Assembly: GCA_963751405.1 (NCBI GenBank)
Contig: CAVVUJ010000034.1
Span: forward strand, 21,957 to 85,956
Direction: 5' to 3'
Source: an uncultured beta proteobacterium
GTDB taxonomy: Bacteria > Pseudomonadota > Gammaproteobacteria > Burkholderiales > Casimicrobiaceae
DNA length: 64,000 nt
The position numbers and the translations under genes were made by a program. A model generated the notes under the pieces. The model was given only the letters and a program-made list of their open reading frames with translations, had not been told where the DNA came from and did not search any database. Positions within the stretch are counted from its first letter, which is position 1. Each line of letters opens with the position of its first letter. Shown here in pieces: positions 63,783-64,000 of this stretch.

Positions 63783-64000
63783 AGAAGCAACGTCCCGGTG
63801 AGCGCTTCATCAGGATCCCCGCGAGCTCGTACCGACTCGCCGGCGTTTCGCACGCTGCCACCAAACGCTCTGAAGCTATGGATCGACCTACGCAGAACGT
63901 ATTACGGGAGTAATAACGGCAATATCGCGTGCACGCTTGCGGCGCTCCGCCGGTATGGCTGGTCTATCCGAAACGCTCAATCGCGCACTATGGGAACTGC
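63779..64000 (+). pseudogene. Partial island gene (5' end; one frameshift), phage/ICE-type hypothetical protein
   Basis: MKKQRPGERFIRIPASSYRLAGVSHAAT runs to ~63865. The next frame gives NALKLWIDLRRTYYGSNNGNIACTLAALRRYGWSIRNAQSRTMGT and runs off the window. The motif style (RF.R.P....S.A...L...A..L.I.L...Y.G.NNG.I) is seen in many island/prophage proteins of unknown function. Confidence 0.45.

Larger units (their letters stand above)
58914..64000 (+). mobile_element. Left part of a tRNA-Cys-associated integrative genomic island (truncated by the window end)
   Basis: It starts immediately 3' of tRNA-Cys. It holds a P4-type integrase, an AlpA-like gene and orphan ORFs, all on the + strand. G+C of sampled lines falls from ~70% to ~48-58%. 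No right-end repeat is visible in the window. Confidence 0.75.

Noticed and set aside
63063-63864. Minus-strand ORFs 63063-63311 and 63448-63864.
   Set aside because: They overlap plus-strand sequence that gives a coherent protein once two homopolymer indels are allowed. Their own translations look random (for example, MVAACETPASRYELAGILMKRSPGRCFFMAF...).
59000-64000. Searched the visible island for known systems: retron (RT plus msr/msd), toxin-antitoxin pairs, restriction-modification, CRISPR-Cas and IS elements.
   Set aside because: I saw no reverse transcriptase, nuclease, methylase, transposase or Cas-like motif in any frame. Nothing can be claimed from the 5 kb that is visible.

Overview
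High-G+C proteobacterial chromosome segment (about 65-72% on hand-counted 60-nt lines). Gene content and order look like a Betaproteobacterium of the Burkholderiales type: recR-ybaB-dnaX-ffs, lolA-ftsK/trxB, yhdP/glnE, ilvE-zf-waaF, a liv-type ABC operon, glnB-nadE, rluB-scpB-scpA-trpS, divergent rluC/rne, and uvrB. This placement is an inference from synteny, not a database hit. Roughly the first 58.6 kb is ordinary housekeeping core. At 58.7-58.9 kb, tRNA-Gly(GCC) and tRNA-Cys(GCA) mark the left end of an integrase-bearing, lower-G+C island (about 48-58% on sampled lines) that runs off the right edge. The visible part holds a P4-type integrase, 0.74 kb without a credible ORF, an orphan gene of about 295 codons, an AlpA-like regulator, two tandem genes sharing a duplicated ~150-nt leader/N-terminus module, and a partial gene. 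The six-frame track misleads in two ways. (i) Many long Arg/Ala/Gly/Pro-rich ORFs are antisense or alternate-frame artefacts of high G+C, and some tracked ORFs fuse neighbouring genes. (ii) At least a dozen well-conserved genes are split by single-base indels, mostly at short homopolymers, with an extreme cluster of about 10 indels in the site-2 protease gene upstream of trpS. That pattern fits consensus error in a long-read assembly, but real pseudogenisation cannot be excluded from the sequence alone. I saw no CRISPR array, IS element, rRNA, or recognisable defence or toxin system in the visible part of the island. Its cargo is mostly outside the window.
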